Source: Firmicutes bacterium UBA2058 (GTDB lineage Bacteria > Bacillota > Clostridia > Tissierellales > Sedimentibacteraceae). From it: 64,000 bases of DNA. The notes beneath the pieces are model-generated. The model did not search any database, was not told the DNA's origin, and was given only the letters and a program-made list of their open reading frames with translations. The stretch spans positions 106-64,105 of the forward strand of contig DDAM01000012.1 of the NCBI GenBank assembly GCA_002332905.1. The letters run 5' to 3'. Made by a program: the position numbers and the translations under genes. How positions within the stretch are numbered: the stretch's first letter is position 1; every line of letters begins with the position of its first letter. Shown piece by piece: positions 1 to 10,497 of this stretch.

Positions 1-77
1 CCAAATCGGAACATTATTTAATATAATTCGTCTTAAATAACAATTAATATATATCAAAAAAAGATTCTTTATCATTT

Positions 78-110
78 TTTGTAACGCTGCGAAGCGACGT
101 AATGGAGGTA
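78..110 (+). repeat. RBS-proximal hairpin repeat, family 1 copy A
   Basis: GTAACGCTGC-GAA-GCGACGTAATGGAGGTA; related to reverse-strand copies at 48061, 51348 and 63621. Confidence 0.7.
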
Positions 111-113
111 ATT

Positions 114-872
114 ATGAAAAAAACAACTATTTTGTTAGTTATTAGCACATTACTTATACTTTTTAATGGATGCACATCAGCTACTCAAGTAAATACTCCG
201 GTTGATGATACATGTTCAAATGAACAGGCAAAATCAATCTTATTAGGAAAAGTAATAAAAATTTATGACAATTATATACTAATTTCAAATGCAGAAGATA
301 ATGCAAAATCTAGCGATCTTTATATAGTATCTACTGATTTTGAATTTGATACAAGCAAAATTAAACCTGAATCAATAGTTAAAATAGGTTATGATGGTAT
401 GATTATGGAAACTTATCCAGCTAAATTAGGTGATGTTAAATATATTAAATTTATTGAGCAAAAAGATGATCTAGTTGGATTATATGAAAAAGCATTTGAT
501 AAGCTATGGGAAACTGACAAAGGACTTAATATGGATATTGATATATTAGCCTTTGACTTATCTATAACAACAAATTTAACAGATGCTGAAAAAAGTTCAT
601 TAATTTATGTATTAGGAAACAAAAATGGTTTAGAAACAGTATCAGGAACCTTTGACCAACTTAGTGAGAATGGATATATTGACAAAGAAAATCTAGTTTT
701 TGAAAACGGAATATTATTTAGCTTTGAGGTTACAAAAGAATCAAAAAATAGTTTTATGTTTAATGCAAAAAAATGGCGCAGTGGAATAGGAGCGTACTTC
801 TTCCAGAACTGCACAGCTAAGAAAACTAAAGATGGTTGGAACTTTAAAATAGGTGAAGAGATGATTTCATAA
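114..872 (+). CDS. Lipoprotein of unknown function
   Basis: GGAGG RBS precedes ATG at 114 (MKKTTILLV); hydrophobic signal peptide with lipobox FNG-C. Confidence 0.7.
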   Translation: MKKTTILLVISTLLILFNGCTSATQVNTPVDDTCSNEQAKSILLGKVIKIYDNYILISNAEDNAKSSDLYIVSTDFEFDTSKIKPESIVKIGYDGMIMETYPAKLGDVKYIKFIEQKDDLVGLYEKAFDKLWETDKGLNMDIDILAFDLSITTNLTDAEKSSLIYVLGNKNGLETVSGTFDQLSENGYIDKENLVFENGILFSFEVTKESKNSFMFNAKKWRSGIGAYFFQNCTAKKTKDGWNFKIGEEMIS

Positions 873-891
873 ATTTTTTATTGATACATTT

Positions 892-930
892 AAAAATACA
901 GATATGTTAGTAAAACAGTCTGTATTTTTT
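892..930. terminator. Bidirectional intrinsic terminator
   Basis: AAAAATACAGA...TCTGTATTTTT inverted repeat between convergent genes. Confidence 0.7.
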
Positions 931-933
931 GTG

Positions 934-3222
934 TTATTTTAATAGAGAAAATTTATGAATCTTATCATCTAAACAAATATTATTAGAAAGCATAGTCTGT
1001 TTTAAAAACATATTATATAAATATTGTTTTTCACCAAAATCAACTGTGAAATTATATCTCTTATTAGCATTATAAATAATACATCTATGCTTATCAAAAA
1101 TAAAAAATAATTCTTCACTTATATTATTAGATATATAGGTATCTTTTGCATTTATAGAAGAGTAAACATATAATTTGGTATCCATATCAATATAGTTTTT
1201 AATAATAAAACATGCAGTGTTTATTAATTTATAAATATCAGTACATTTTCTTCTTAAATTACATATTTTTTTTCTATCCTCTATATCTAAAATAAAACAT
1301 TTAGAGCAATAATTTATAAATTTGCAATCATAACATTCATCCATATAAGAATCGTTAATATTATTTAATTCTCTAATTTTGTATGTATCACATAAAAACA
1401 ACTCATTATTTTTTACTGAATATCTCCTTGAACTATTTACAGTACATTTGTTAGTTAGAGCACATGCATTTCTAAATGTTAAGATATCAAAATCTCTTAC
1501 ACTAAAGGATGTTTTTTCCTTAAACTTAGTATAAGACTCTATTATTTTTTCTTCAAAATCAACATCTTTTATATTCAATAATGTTTTTTTATTTAATTTT
1601 TGTTCATAATATTCGCCTAGTTTTATTTTTATGCTAGAATCTATATCATTCATTACAAGACTTAATTTTTCAACATATATATTATTATTATATAAATAAT
1701 TGATTAAATCATCATATTCCCTAATACTTATTTTAAGAGACTTTCTATCGTCGCAATATAATTTGCTATCAGTTTTAGTTATACTATTTACATTCAAAAA
1801 AATTGATATATCAGCATCAATGTTATATTTAAGCCATTTTACTAAATTATCATTAATATTGTCAATATCAATGCTTTTAACAAACCGACTAGTTTTAAGT
1901 GTATATATACTATTTATTCCAGTATAATGTTCAATAAAATCTGAGTACAAATTTTGAAAGTTAGAAATCATATTAAATTGTCTTTTATATCTTTTATCTT
2001 CAAATAACTTTTTCCACAAAATTCTTGCATCATAATTAGCTGCAAGTGTTCTAAATGGAAGACCTGTAGGTGATTTTAACAAAAAATTAAGACTTTTATA
2101 TTTATTAAATAATCTGCTGTTTGGAAATAAAGTCATAAAATTAAAGCTAACATTATTTATATTATTCATTTCTAAAAATTCAAATGAGTTGTTTATGTCA
2201 AGCAAGGTTTCTTCTGGTAGTAAAAACATATATGTAACTACAAAGTTTAATTTAATACTCTCTGCGTACTTATACTGCTTTAATACACTATCTATAAAGC
2301 TATCTGCTTCTAAATCTAATAGCTTTCCAGTTTTAAGAAGTAAAGCTGTCGAGGGTGTCTCTAATCCAACTACTACAGTAAAATTTGCTTTTTTTAGTTC
2401 ATCTAATGCTAATATTGACAAAACATCTGTTCTAGTAGAACACCAAAATCTATAGTTTATATCATTGCTTTGTATACCTCTACAAATTTCAATAATTCTT
2501 TGCTCGCTAGATGAGAAGCAATCATCTAAAAACATTATTTCTCCATCATAATTTTGTATTTCATTTTTTATAAACTTTAGCTCTTCTATAACAGAATTAA
2601 TTGAAAATTCATTAATTTCATTTTGATAAGAATATGAACAAAAACAACAGTTACCAATACATCCCCTTGATGAATACATACCAACATTAAAAATTTCTTC
2701 TGCTGGTACTGTATAGTTTGAATATGGATGTGGTATTTTATTATAATCAATATCTTTTAGATATTGATTAGATATTAATGCTCCTGATTCAATGATGTTA
2801 AAATATATTTGAATAGCATTATCATGTGCTGTAAGGTTTTCTAATATATAATATGGCTCTCCATATATATATATATCAAAGTTTATATCTTTATGTAAAC
2901 TTTCAGCAATATACTGCGTACTCGGACCAATACATATAAATCTATTACCTATTCTATTTTTCAACTCACTTATATATACTTTTGAAACATAATAATTATA
3001 TTCATTAATATAGACAACAATATTTGAATCTTCAATGATTGACAAGATATACTCTACAAAACAAGCAGGATTTAAATTAGAATTTTCACCTCTGAAGATA
3101 GCTTGCATTGTATTAATACCTTTCATTTTTAAATACGATCTAATATATGAACAGTTAATTTCATAATCTGCTCCTGTAAAATTACTATTTAATACATTAA
3201 AATAAATAAAAATATATTCCAT
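934..3222 (-). CDS. Large B12-binding-like radical SAM protein with C-terminal Cys-rich (SPASM-like) extension; putative RiPP maturase
   Basis: SSRGCIGNCCFCS (CxxxCxxC), FLDDCF, TRTD, VGLET, YMFLLPEET class B rSAM pattern; C-terminal CYDCKFINYCSKC. Confidence 0.8.
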   Translation of the reverse strand: MEYIFIYFNVLNSNFTGADYEINCSYIRSYLKMKGINTMQAIFRGENSNLNPACFVEYILSIIEDSNIVVYINEYNYYVSKVYISELKNRIGNRFICIGPSTQYIAESLHKDINFDIYIYGEPYYILENLTAHDNAIQIYFNIIESGALISNQYLKDIDYNKIPHPYSNYTVPAEEIFNVGMYSSRGCIGNCCFCSYSYQNEINEFSINSVIEELKFIKNEIQNYDGEIMFLDDCFSSSEQRIIEICRGIQSNDINYRFWCSTRTDVLSILALDELKKANFTVVVGLETPSTALLLKTGKLLDLEADSFIDSVLKQYKYAESIKLNFVVTYMFLLPEETLLDINNSFEFLEMNNINNVSFNFMTLFPNSRLFNKYKSLNFLLKSPTGLPFRTLAANYDARILWKKLFEDKRYKRQFNMISNFQNLYSDFIEHYTGINSIYTLKTSRFVKSIDIDNINDNLVKWLKYNIDADISIFLNVNSITKTDSKLYCDDRKSLKISIREYDDLINYLYNNNIYVEKLSLVMNDIDSSIKIKLGEYYEQKLNKKTLLNIKDVDFEEKIIESYTKFKEKTSFSVRDFDILTFRNACALTNKCTVNSSRRYSVKNNELFLCDTYKIRELNNINDSYMDECYDCKFINYCSKCFILDIEDRKKICNLRRKCTDIYKLINTACFIIKNYIDMDTKLYVYSSINAKDTYISNNISEELFFIFDKHRCIIYNANKRYNFTVDFGEKQYLYNMFLKQTMLSNNICLDDKIHKFSLLK

Positions 3223-3247
3223 GGACTACCTCTAATTAATTATAAAG

Positions 3248-4567
3248 TTAATTATAATGAAAATACTCTACCAATTTAGAAATTATTAAATTATATTCAT
3301 CTTTATTTGTTATAAACATTGGAAGCATCAAAATACCATCATTACAACCATAAACTATTAATCCACTCTTTTTTAATGAATCCCTGATTTTTAATACATC
3401 ATTTAAATTAAAATAAAACTTATTATTTGAAAATTCTATACAAATTAAAAAGCCTCTTGAAACAACCTTGTCTATATAGCTAATATCTTTTAGCTTTTCA
3501 TTTAGCTCAATAGAAAAATTATTTACTAAATTCAATGAAGTATCATCATTAAACATTTCATTATATATATCAATAGCAGTATTTGAGGCTGCGCAAGAAA
3601 GTACGTTCCCTCCTTGTGTTGATCCATGAACTATGCATTTATTTATTGAATCAGCTATAACATCCTCTATTTTTTTATTAAAACAGACAGCACCTAAAGG
3701 TAAATATCCTGAATTTATACCCTTAGACATACAAATAATATCTGGAAATATATTTAGCTTTTGATAATAAAAAGGTACTCCGGTTCTATAAAAACCTGTA
3801 GCGACTTCATCTACTGAAATTAATAAATCATAATAATTACATAATTCAATTATTTTATTTAATAATTTTTTACATATATCTTTAACACCCATTGAAAGAA
3901 TTATTGGCTCTATTATAATTCCTGCTATTAAATTATTTTTATCACATATAAACTTTTCAATCTTTTGGCAATAGTTACATTCAGAATTAAACCTACAATT
4001 ATTATAATCTCCTCTACAAATATCAATTTTTTCAACAGCTTCTATTCCAGGTTTATATTGATTAAAAAAATCATCTTCATCGTGACTAATGGTTAATGCA
4101 CCATAACTAGTACCATGATATGAATGGCTAAATGATAATATAGTTTTTTTATTTAAAAATCCCATATCATCCCAATATTTACGCATAAGCTTAATAGCTA
4201 ATTCAATAGATTCAGATCCAGAGCATGTGTAGCAAACTTTATTCATATTATTATGTAAACTTAATATTTTATTTGAATTTTTAATTATTATATCATTTGT
4301 ATGATCAAACAAGGAACAAAATGATATTTCATCAATTTGCTTTTTAATACTATTTTCTATCCTTTTATTTTTATAACCTAATGAAACATTCCATAGCCCA
4401 CTAATAGCATCTATGTACTTTCTATCATCTTTTGAAATTAACCATATACCATCTCCAGATTTGATATTAAGTCGACTATCTATATTATTTTTAGAAACAT
4501 CGCCATATGGATATAAAATATGTTCCTGATAAAAATTAGAAGATTTCCTTAAATTTACAGTATTCAT
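3248..4567 (-). CDS. Class III PLP-dependent aminotransferase
   Basis: YIDAISGLWNVSLGY, SGSES, SYHG, IIEPI, DEVATGFYRTG, PDIICMSKGINSGYLPLGA (PLP lysine). Confidence 0.93.
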   Translation of the reverse strand: MNTVNLRKSSNFYQEHILYPYGDVSKNNIDSRLNIKSGDGIWLISKDDRKYIDAISGLWNVSLGYKNKRIENSIKKQIDEISFCSLFDHTNDIIIKNSNKILSLHNNMNKVCYTCSGSESIELAIKLMRKYWDDMGFLNKKTILSFSHSYHGTSYGALTISHDEDDFFNQYKPGIEAVEKIDICRGDYNNCRFNSECNYCQKIEKFICDKNNLIAGIIIEPIILSMGVKDICKKLLNKIIELCNYYDLLISVDEVATGFYRTGVPFYYQKLNIFPDIICMSKGINSGYLPLGAVCFNKKIEDVIADSINKCIVHGSTQGGNVLSCAASNTAIDIYNEMFNDDTSLNLVNNFSIELNEKLKDISYIDKVVSRGFLICIEFSNNKFYFNLNDVLKIRDSLKKSGLIVYGCNDGILMLPMFITNKDEYNLIISKLVEYFHYN

Positions 4568-4582
4568 ATATCCCTCTTTAAA

Positions 4583-5998
4583 TTAAATAGCAAATTTTTC
4601 AATTGAATTTAAAATCTGTTTTTCATAATTTGAACAATCATTATAAATTAGATTTTTATCTGTTTTTCTAAGAGCTTCAGCGCAGCAACCTCCACCACAA
4701 AAATACTTATATTCACATTTATAACAATCATTATCTATATTATCTACATTGTTAGCATTGTTAAATTCTAAACCTTTTGCCATGACATCATTAATATTAT
4801 CATCTAAAGTTCCAATATTAAATTCATCTAAGTGAAGAGAAGGACATGGATATATAGTTCCATTATTATTAATACTAATTTGAGTAGTCCCCATACCACA
4901 GCTAGATAATTTACCTGAGACATATAATTTTGATGATATATCATAAGAAGATGTTGCTTTTATAAAAGGTCTTCTTTTTTCCTTTCCTACTTCTAACGCT
5001 GCTCTTTGATATAATACTTCTGTATTATATATCTTTAAATTTGATAAAAACTCTGTATAAACTGCTGAATATTCATCAAATGTTGGTCTTTGACAGAAAT
5101 TTATGGCTTTTCCTACATATACAATTTTATTTATATGAATATGCTCGATATTATTCTCGTAAGCAAATTTAGGATAATTAGGTAAATCTTCAATATTATC
5201 TTTAGTTAACGTAACCGAAATTTTTAAAGCAAGGTTATTTAAGCCTAAATTATTTGCTTTATTAATACCCTGTATTGTGTTATTAAAGCTCCCTTTACCT
5301 CTTAATTTATCATTAAAATCACTGCTTGTACCATCTAAGGATATTTGAAGTATATCAATATTTGGCAATATTCTTTCATAATTTTCGTGATTAACTGTTC
5401 CATTTGTAATAATTGTTACTTCTTCAAACTTCAAATGATGTTTTAATTCTAATGTTAAATTTTCTAAATGCTTATACAAAAATGGTTCACCACCACTTAT
5501 AACTATTTCCTTACGATTTTCTATAGGTATTTCTTGTAAAAATTTTACTACTCTATTATAATCTAAGTCTTTGTATCCATTGTTCTCACAGTTCACATTT
5601 GAATAGCAAAATGAGCAAGACAAATTGCACACATCATTGACATGTATCCAAATCTTTTTAGGAAATCCTAATTCTTCTTTATTGTCAAACACCTCATCAA
5701 TTGATTTTATACTATCTATTATTAGTGATGATTTAATTAAATTATCAATTGTCGGTTTATAAAGATTATGTAATATTTCAACGCTAAGCGCAAATTCTTT
5801 AGACAGTTCATTAAATATTTCTGAGATACTTTTTGTTCCATTAATTTTATTATAAAAATCAAATGCTGAATCGTTAATTTTTATCCAATCACCAGTATGA
5901 TAATTAATAAAAATATGTTTTTCATTTATATTGTAATATTTATACTCACTATTTTTTAAATAAATATTATTAATCATTATATTTTTCAACCTCTCCAT
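4583..5998 (-). CDS. RRE + radical SAM + SPASM peptide maturase
   Basis: N-terminal PqqD-like region; CNLSCSFC; SGGEP; QISLDG; SPASM CGMG...GTIYPC...CYKCEYKYFCGGGC...C. Start may be ATG 5977. Confidence 0.92.
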   Translation of the reverse strand: MERLKNIMINNIYLKNSEYKYYNINEKHIFINYHTGDWIKINDSAFDFYNKINGTKSISEIFNELSKEFALSVEILHNLYKPTIDNLIKSSLIIDSIKSIDEVFDNKEELGFPKKIWIHVNDVCNLSCSFCYSNVNCENNGYKDLDYNRVVKFLQEIPIENRKEIVISGGEPFLYKHLENLTLELKHHLKFEEVTIITNGTVNHENYERILPNIDILQISLDGTSSDFNDKLRGKGSFNNTIQGINKANNLGLNNLALKISVTLTKDNIEDLPNYPKFAYENNIEHIHINKIVYVGKAINFCQRPTFDEYSAVYTEFLSNLKIYNTEVLYQRAALEVGKEKRRPFIKATSSYDISSKLYVSGKLSSCGMGTTQISINNNGTIYPCPSLHLDEFNIGTLDDNINDVMAKGLEFNNANNVDNIDNDCYKCEYKYFCGGGCCAEALRKTDKNLIYNDCSNYEKQILNSIEKFAI

Positions 5999-6176
5999 TC
6001 ATATAAAAGATTTCTTTAACCTCACTATATGGAATAATCATCAGAATTAAAGATTGGTCGCTTGTCTGTAGAACTAATGATTCATTATTGTTAAAATTAA
6101 TTTTACTCTCTATTACTTTACCAGCAAAAGATAACAGTGATGTTGTTCTAACTAAAATTTTTTCATCTTTTATCAT
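5970..6176 (-). CDS. Small hypothetical protein within RiPP operon
   Basis: GAGGTG RBS; 68-aa ORF fills the gap between two rSAM genes and overlaps the next start. Confidence 0.7.
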   Translation of the reverse strand: MIKDEKILVRTTSLLSFAGKVIESKINFNNNESLVLQTSDQSLILMIIPYSEVKEIFYMNGEVEKYND

Positions 6177-6192
6177 TATACCACCTCATATA

Positions 6193-7521
6193 TTATTGAT
6201 TATATTTATAACATTTTCTTTCTTTTCTCAAATTTGCAACTTCATACATAAAGTTACGCTGATCATCAGCAGAAAAATTATCATTATATACTACAGGAGT
6301 TTTTAATGTAAACATTTTAAAATCATCAGTTAATAAATACATGTTTAATTCGTCCATATGCTCATATTGATAAGTACCTGGAAATGGTGTGTTGTATGAA
6401 GCAGCTACACTAGCATCATATTGTGTGACGGCCTTTCTCATGAAATCTAAAGTATCCTGAGCAGTTTCTTTAGTCTCACAGAAATGACCAAATATAAAAG
6501 ATAATAGTGGTGTAATACCTCTTTCTTGGGTAGCTTTAATAATTTTTTCTGCGTATTCTAAATTAATACCTTTTCTTATTTTATTAAGTACTTCTTGGTT
6601 TCCACTTTCCATACCATACTGAATTGAAATTACATTACTGTCTTTCAAGCGGTCTAAAAGTTCCTCATCCATATGCTTAACTATAGATTCGCATTCCCAC
6701 CTAAAAGTAGCTTTATACTCATCTATCAAATCAAGAAATCTATTTACTCTAGATCTTATAATTGTAAAACTATCATCAGTTATAGTATATTGTATAGGAT
6801 CTATTAGCTTTTGTAGCATTATTATTTCGAGAAAAACATTATCTATATTTCTTACTCTATATTTATTTCCAGACAATACATTAGCTGAACAATATATACA
6901 CTTATTTGGACAACCTCTGCTTGAATTAATTAAAAGTAATTTATTATTTTTAAATCTCTCTAATCCAAAATAGTCTCTTTTAGGTATTGGTATTAAGTCA
7001 AGAGCTTTAATATATTGTCTATTTGGATTATGAAAAATTTCATTATCTATTCTATACATAAGACCATCAATGTCATTATATCTAATTATTTGTTGATTTG
7101 TTTTGATAGCCTCTAAAAGCTCTACAATTGTAGATTCTCCTTCATTAATTATTGCAAAGTCAAATTCCTTATTATCAATAAATTCTTTTTGACACAGGCT
7201 TATATGAGGACCACCTATAACAGTATATATATTAGGAAATCTATTTTTTATAGACTTAGCAACTTTTACAGCTAACTCAATATTTTCTGTATATGATGAA
7301 ATACCAATCACCAATGGAGATAACTCATCAACCTTATTTAAAAATTGCTCCTTTGTTAAATTATCATATATTAGATCAATAATATCAGCTCTAAAACCAT
7401 TAAGTTCTAAATAAGTGTTTAGATATATTAATCCCATTGAAGGTGAAAAATCATAACCCTCTAAAATCTGCTTAGTTAATAATGTTTGAATAGGAAGACT
7501 TACTAATAAAATATCTATCAT
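6193..7521 (-). CDS. B12-dependent (class B) radical SAM enzyme, likely C-methyltransferase
   Basis: PSMGLIYL, VIGISS, VIGGPH, EGE cobalamin-binding domain; SSRGCPNKCIYCS; YGMESGN; AAAGGAG RBS before ATG 7521. Confidence 0.92.
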   Translation of the reverse strand: MIDILLVSLPIQTLLTKQILEGYDFSPSMGLIYLNTYLELNGFRADIIDLIYDNLTKEQFLNKVDELSPLVIGISSYTENIELAVKVAKSIKNRFPNIYTVIGGPHISLCQKEFIDNKEFDFAIINEGESTIVELLEAIKTNQQIIRYNDIDGLMYRIDNEIFHNPNRQYIKALDLIPIPKRDYFGLERFKNNKLLLINSSRGCPNKCIYCSANVLSGNKYRVRNIDNVFLEIIMLQKLIDPIQYTITDDSFTIIRSRVNRFLDLIDEYKATFRWECESIVKHMDEELLDRLKDSNVISIQYGMESGNQEVLNKIRKGINLEYAEKIIKATQERGITPLLSFIFGHFCETKETAQDTLDFMRKAVTQYDASVAASYNTPFPGTYQYEHMDELNMYLLTDDFKMFTLKTPVVYNDNFSADDQRNFMYEVANLRKERKCYKYNQ

Positions 7522-7546
7522 AATATTTCTCCTTTCATTATAATTA

Positions 7547-7840
7547 TTACCAGTCCTCTTCACTTACTTCTTTTAATTCAACTAGCTTATTTTCAATTGC
7601 TTGTTCGAAAAATTCAATAACATAGCTTCTAACAGTAGCCTCATCTTCAATTTCATTAAATTCTTTTATTAATTTATTAATAATATCCTCTACTGTGTTG
7701 TATCCATTAATTAATCTCCATATTTTTGTACCAGTTTCATTTAATACATAATTTTCAGGTGGATTATTTATATATACTATTTCATCAGTTATTTTCCATC
7801 TATTTGTAATTTCTTCAACTCGTTTATTTGTATTTATCAT
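7547..7840 (-). CDS. PqqD-family RiPP recognition element (RRE)
   Basis: YVLNETGTKIWRLINGYNTVEDIINKLIKEF...FFEQAIENKLV, typical PqqD signature. Confidence 0.9.
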   Translation of the reverse strand: MINTNKRVEEITNRWKITDEIVYINNPPENYVLNETGTKIWRLINGYNTVEDIINKLIKEFNEIEDEATVRSYVIEFFEQAIENKLVELKEVSEEDW

Positions 7841-7878
7841 ATAAATTTAGCAAATTAAATTTGCTCTCCTTTCATCTA

Positions 7879-8697
7879 TTATTTTTCATACGATGTGAAA
7901 ACTAAGCTTAGATTATTAAAATAATTAAAAGTAGACATGGCATTTATACTAAAATTTGTATGTGCAAAAAGCTTGTCTATCATATGTGGTGTTAGAATAT
8001 TTTTTACACTATAACACATATATCTAGTAGTTATTTCTCCTTCTATATCTTCTAAATAATAATTAACTATTGATTTTCCCTTAATATAATTATTAAACTC
8101 CTGAAACACCCACATTCTACATTTATTTTTGTTTATAATACTAGAAAATATAGGTTCACTCTTATTTAAAGATTTACTATCCATATAAATTCTATAATCA
8201 AAAACTAATCTCCCTCCTAAATCCAGCCAAGAATATATTTTATTTAATAATTTCAACGAATTATCAAAGTTATCAAATAATAAACAAACTGTAGTAGCAG
8301 GTATAATTATCATTCCAAATTTTTTATCAGTTTCATAGTCAAAAATATTAGTAACCTCGTATTTGCATAGCTTTTTAATATCATCACTTTGTTCATCTAA
8401 TTTCATATTCAGCCTATCAATCATAGGCTTTGATATGTCAATTCCTGTCACATCAAGCCCAAAGGCTGCTAGCTGCATCATTATTCTTCCCGTTCCACAT
8501 CCTATCTCTAAAACCGACTTATTATATGAATGTCTATTATCTATATAAAAATTTATCTCATCTTGTAATTTATCAGTATTTGCATCATAAACTTCTGCAA
8601 AAACATCATCATAATATTCACAATCATTTATATAAACATTTCTAGAATTTCTAATTTGCTTAAAAATCTCAAAATAAAAATTATCTTTATCATACAT
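7879..8697 (-). CDS. Class I SAM-dependent methyltransferase
   Basis: VLEIGCGTGR, VTGIDISKPM, LDLGGRLVFD. Confidence 0.92.
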   Translation of the reverse strand: MYDKDNFYFEIFKQIRNSRNVYINDCEYYDDVFAEVYDANTDKLQDEINFYIDNRHSYNKSVLEIGCGTGRIMMQLAAFGLDVTGIDISKPMIDRLNMKLDEQSDDIKKLCKYEVTNIFDYETDKKFGMIIIPATTVCLLFDNFDNSLKLLNKIYSWLDLGGRLVFDYRIYMDSKSLNKSEPIFSSIINKNKCRMWVFQEFNNYIKGKSIVNYYLEDIEGEITTRYMCYSVKNILTPHMIDKLFAHTNFSINAMSTFNYFNNLSLVFTSYEK

Positions 8698-10372
8698 AGG
8701 CTTCTCCTGAATTTTTAACTACATCAATCAAATTTACATCTAATCCTTCGTATAAATTTTCATCATGTGTTATAACGATTACTATTTTTCCATTTAAATA
8801 ATTTGTAATATTTCTAAAGATTTTATTTCGCATAACATAATCTACATTTGTAAAAGATTCATCAAATATATATATTTGTGCTTCTTTAAGCAAAGTCATT
8901 GCTAAAGATATACGTTTTAACTCACCTCCAGAAAGATTGTTCATTACCTCACCAATTTTTGTATGAATTCCATCTGGTAAATTGTTTATAAATTTTTTTG
9001 CTTCTACTATATCAAGTATATAATTTATCTTATCATTATTTACTTTTTCATCAATTAAATCAAAATTTTGATAAATTGTATCTCCCCAAAAATAATCATC
9101 CTGAAAACAAATTGATATATTGCTACGAAGATCATTAACATTTAAATCACTGATACTTTTTTCATTAAATAAAACATCGCCACTATCAATTTTGAATAGA
9201 CCAAGTAATATATTTGCTAATGTTGATTTGCCTTGTCCACTTTTACCAATAATTATATTTACCTTATCAACTGTTAAATTTGCATTAAAATTGTTTAATA
9301 TGTTATTATCAGTTTTATTATAAGAAAAGCCTACATCAATAAATTTTATTTTCCTAATTCTTTCATCATTTATACTTACTAATCTTTTACTATCAATTAT
9401 TTCTAATTCTTTATCCAATTCAAGAACATTAAACAATCTATTGACAGAAACTTTAAAGCTTTGAATTTGCACATTAGCTAATACTATTTGTGAAAATGTA
9501 GTTCTAATTGATTCACTTAGGTTTATTAATATAACAAACACTCCTAAAGTTAATGTGTCATTTTTTATACTATAACAGCCTATTGAAATTATGATAACAT
9601 TTCTTATTAATACAATTATTTTTAAGATAGAGTTTAATGAAAATTCAATGTTAAAATTATTATAAGCAACTCCTTTTATTTTATTTAATGTAGATATATA
9701 ATCTTGCATAACTTTTGAATATAATAAAAAAGACTTAATAAATGGCAAATTTCTATAATTTATGTCGATTTTTTTTATATGCTCACTTGTTACAGTTTTT
9801 ATATCATTTTGATTTTTCTTAATTTTATTAGAAAATAAAACAGATGTAATTACTTGTAAAATTGAAAAGAACAATATTAAATAAGCTATGATTTTAGAAT
9901 AATACAAAACAAATATAAACATTAAAATTACAGAAAATATAGATACAATATTTCCAATAATAACATTGCTAAAAAAATTAGAAACAACTGCTATATCATC
10001 CATCATCAAAACCATATAATTTGATAAGTTAAGCTTTAATATATCAATCATCCTTGACATCTGAATACAATTTAATAGATGCTTTCTCATACTTATAGAA
10101 CAATTTTGTGTTAGAGTTAAATTCCATCTACCTATGATAAATGACAAAATAATACAAAATAAATTTAGACCGATAAATAGTAGAATAAAAATGATAAAAA
10201 ATTCAAATTTTTTAGCAATAATAATTTCATCTATTAAATATTTGTTTAACAAATTATCTAGAAAAGCTATCGAAGTAGAAAATATAAGCAAAAATAAAAT
10301 ACAAATTAACTGAATAGTATATTTTTTAAAAAAACTATTGTAAATTATTTCTATTCTTTTTCTATCAGTCAT
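8690..10372 (-). CDS. ABC exporter (TMD+NBD), no N-terminal peptidase domain
   Basis: N-terminal transmembrane helices; GKSGQGKST, LSGGE, YIFDE, ITHD. Confidence 0.92.
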   Translation of the reverse strand: MTDRKRIEIIYNSFFKKYTIQLICILFLLIFSTSIAFLDNLLNKYLIDEIIIAKKFEFFIIFILLFIGLNLFCIILSFIIGRWNLTLTQNCSISMRKHLLNCIQMSRMIDILKLNLSNYMVLMMDDIAVVSNFFSNVIIGNIVSIFSVILMFIFVLYYSKIIAYLILFFSILQVITSVLFSNKIKKNQNDIKTVTSEHIKKIDINYRNLPFIKSFLLYSKVMQDYISTLNKIKGVAYNNFNIEFSLNSILKIIVLIRNVIIISIGCYSIKNDTLTLGVFVILINLSESIRTTFSQIVLANVQIQSFKVSVNRLFNVLELDKELEIIDSKRLVSINDERIRKIKFIDVGFSYNKTDNNILNNFNANLTVDKVNIIIGKSGQGKSTLANILLGLFKIDSGDVLFNEKSISDLNVNDLRSNISICFQDDYFWGDTIYQNFDLIDEKVNNDKINYILDIVEAKKFINNLPDGIHTKIGEVMNNLSGGELKRISLAMTLLKEAQIYIFDESFTNVDYVMRNKIFRNITNYLNGKIVIVITHDENLYEGLDVNLIDVVKNSGEAYV

Positions 10373-10497
10373 TTGTCCTCCTAAATATAAGAAAAAATTT
10401 TAATATCGTATACGCTCTATGTACAAGAAACTCCACAAATCAAACCTTATGTATATTTACATCATATTTTGAATAATTATTTTACTTAATTTTAAAT

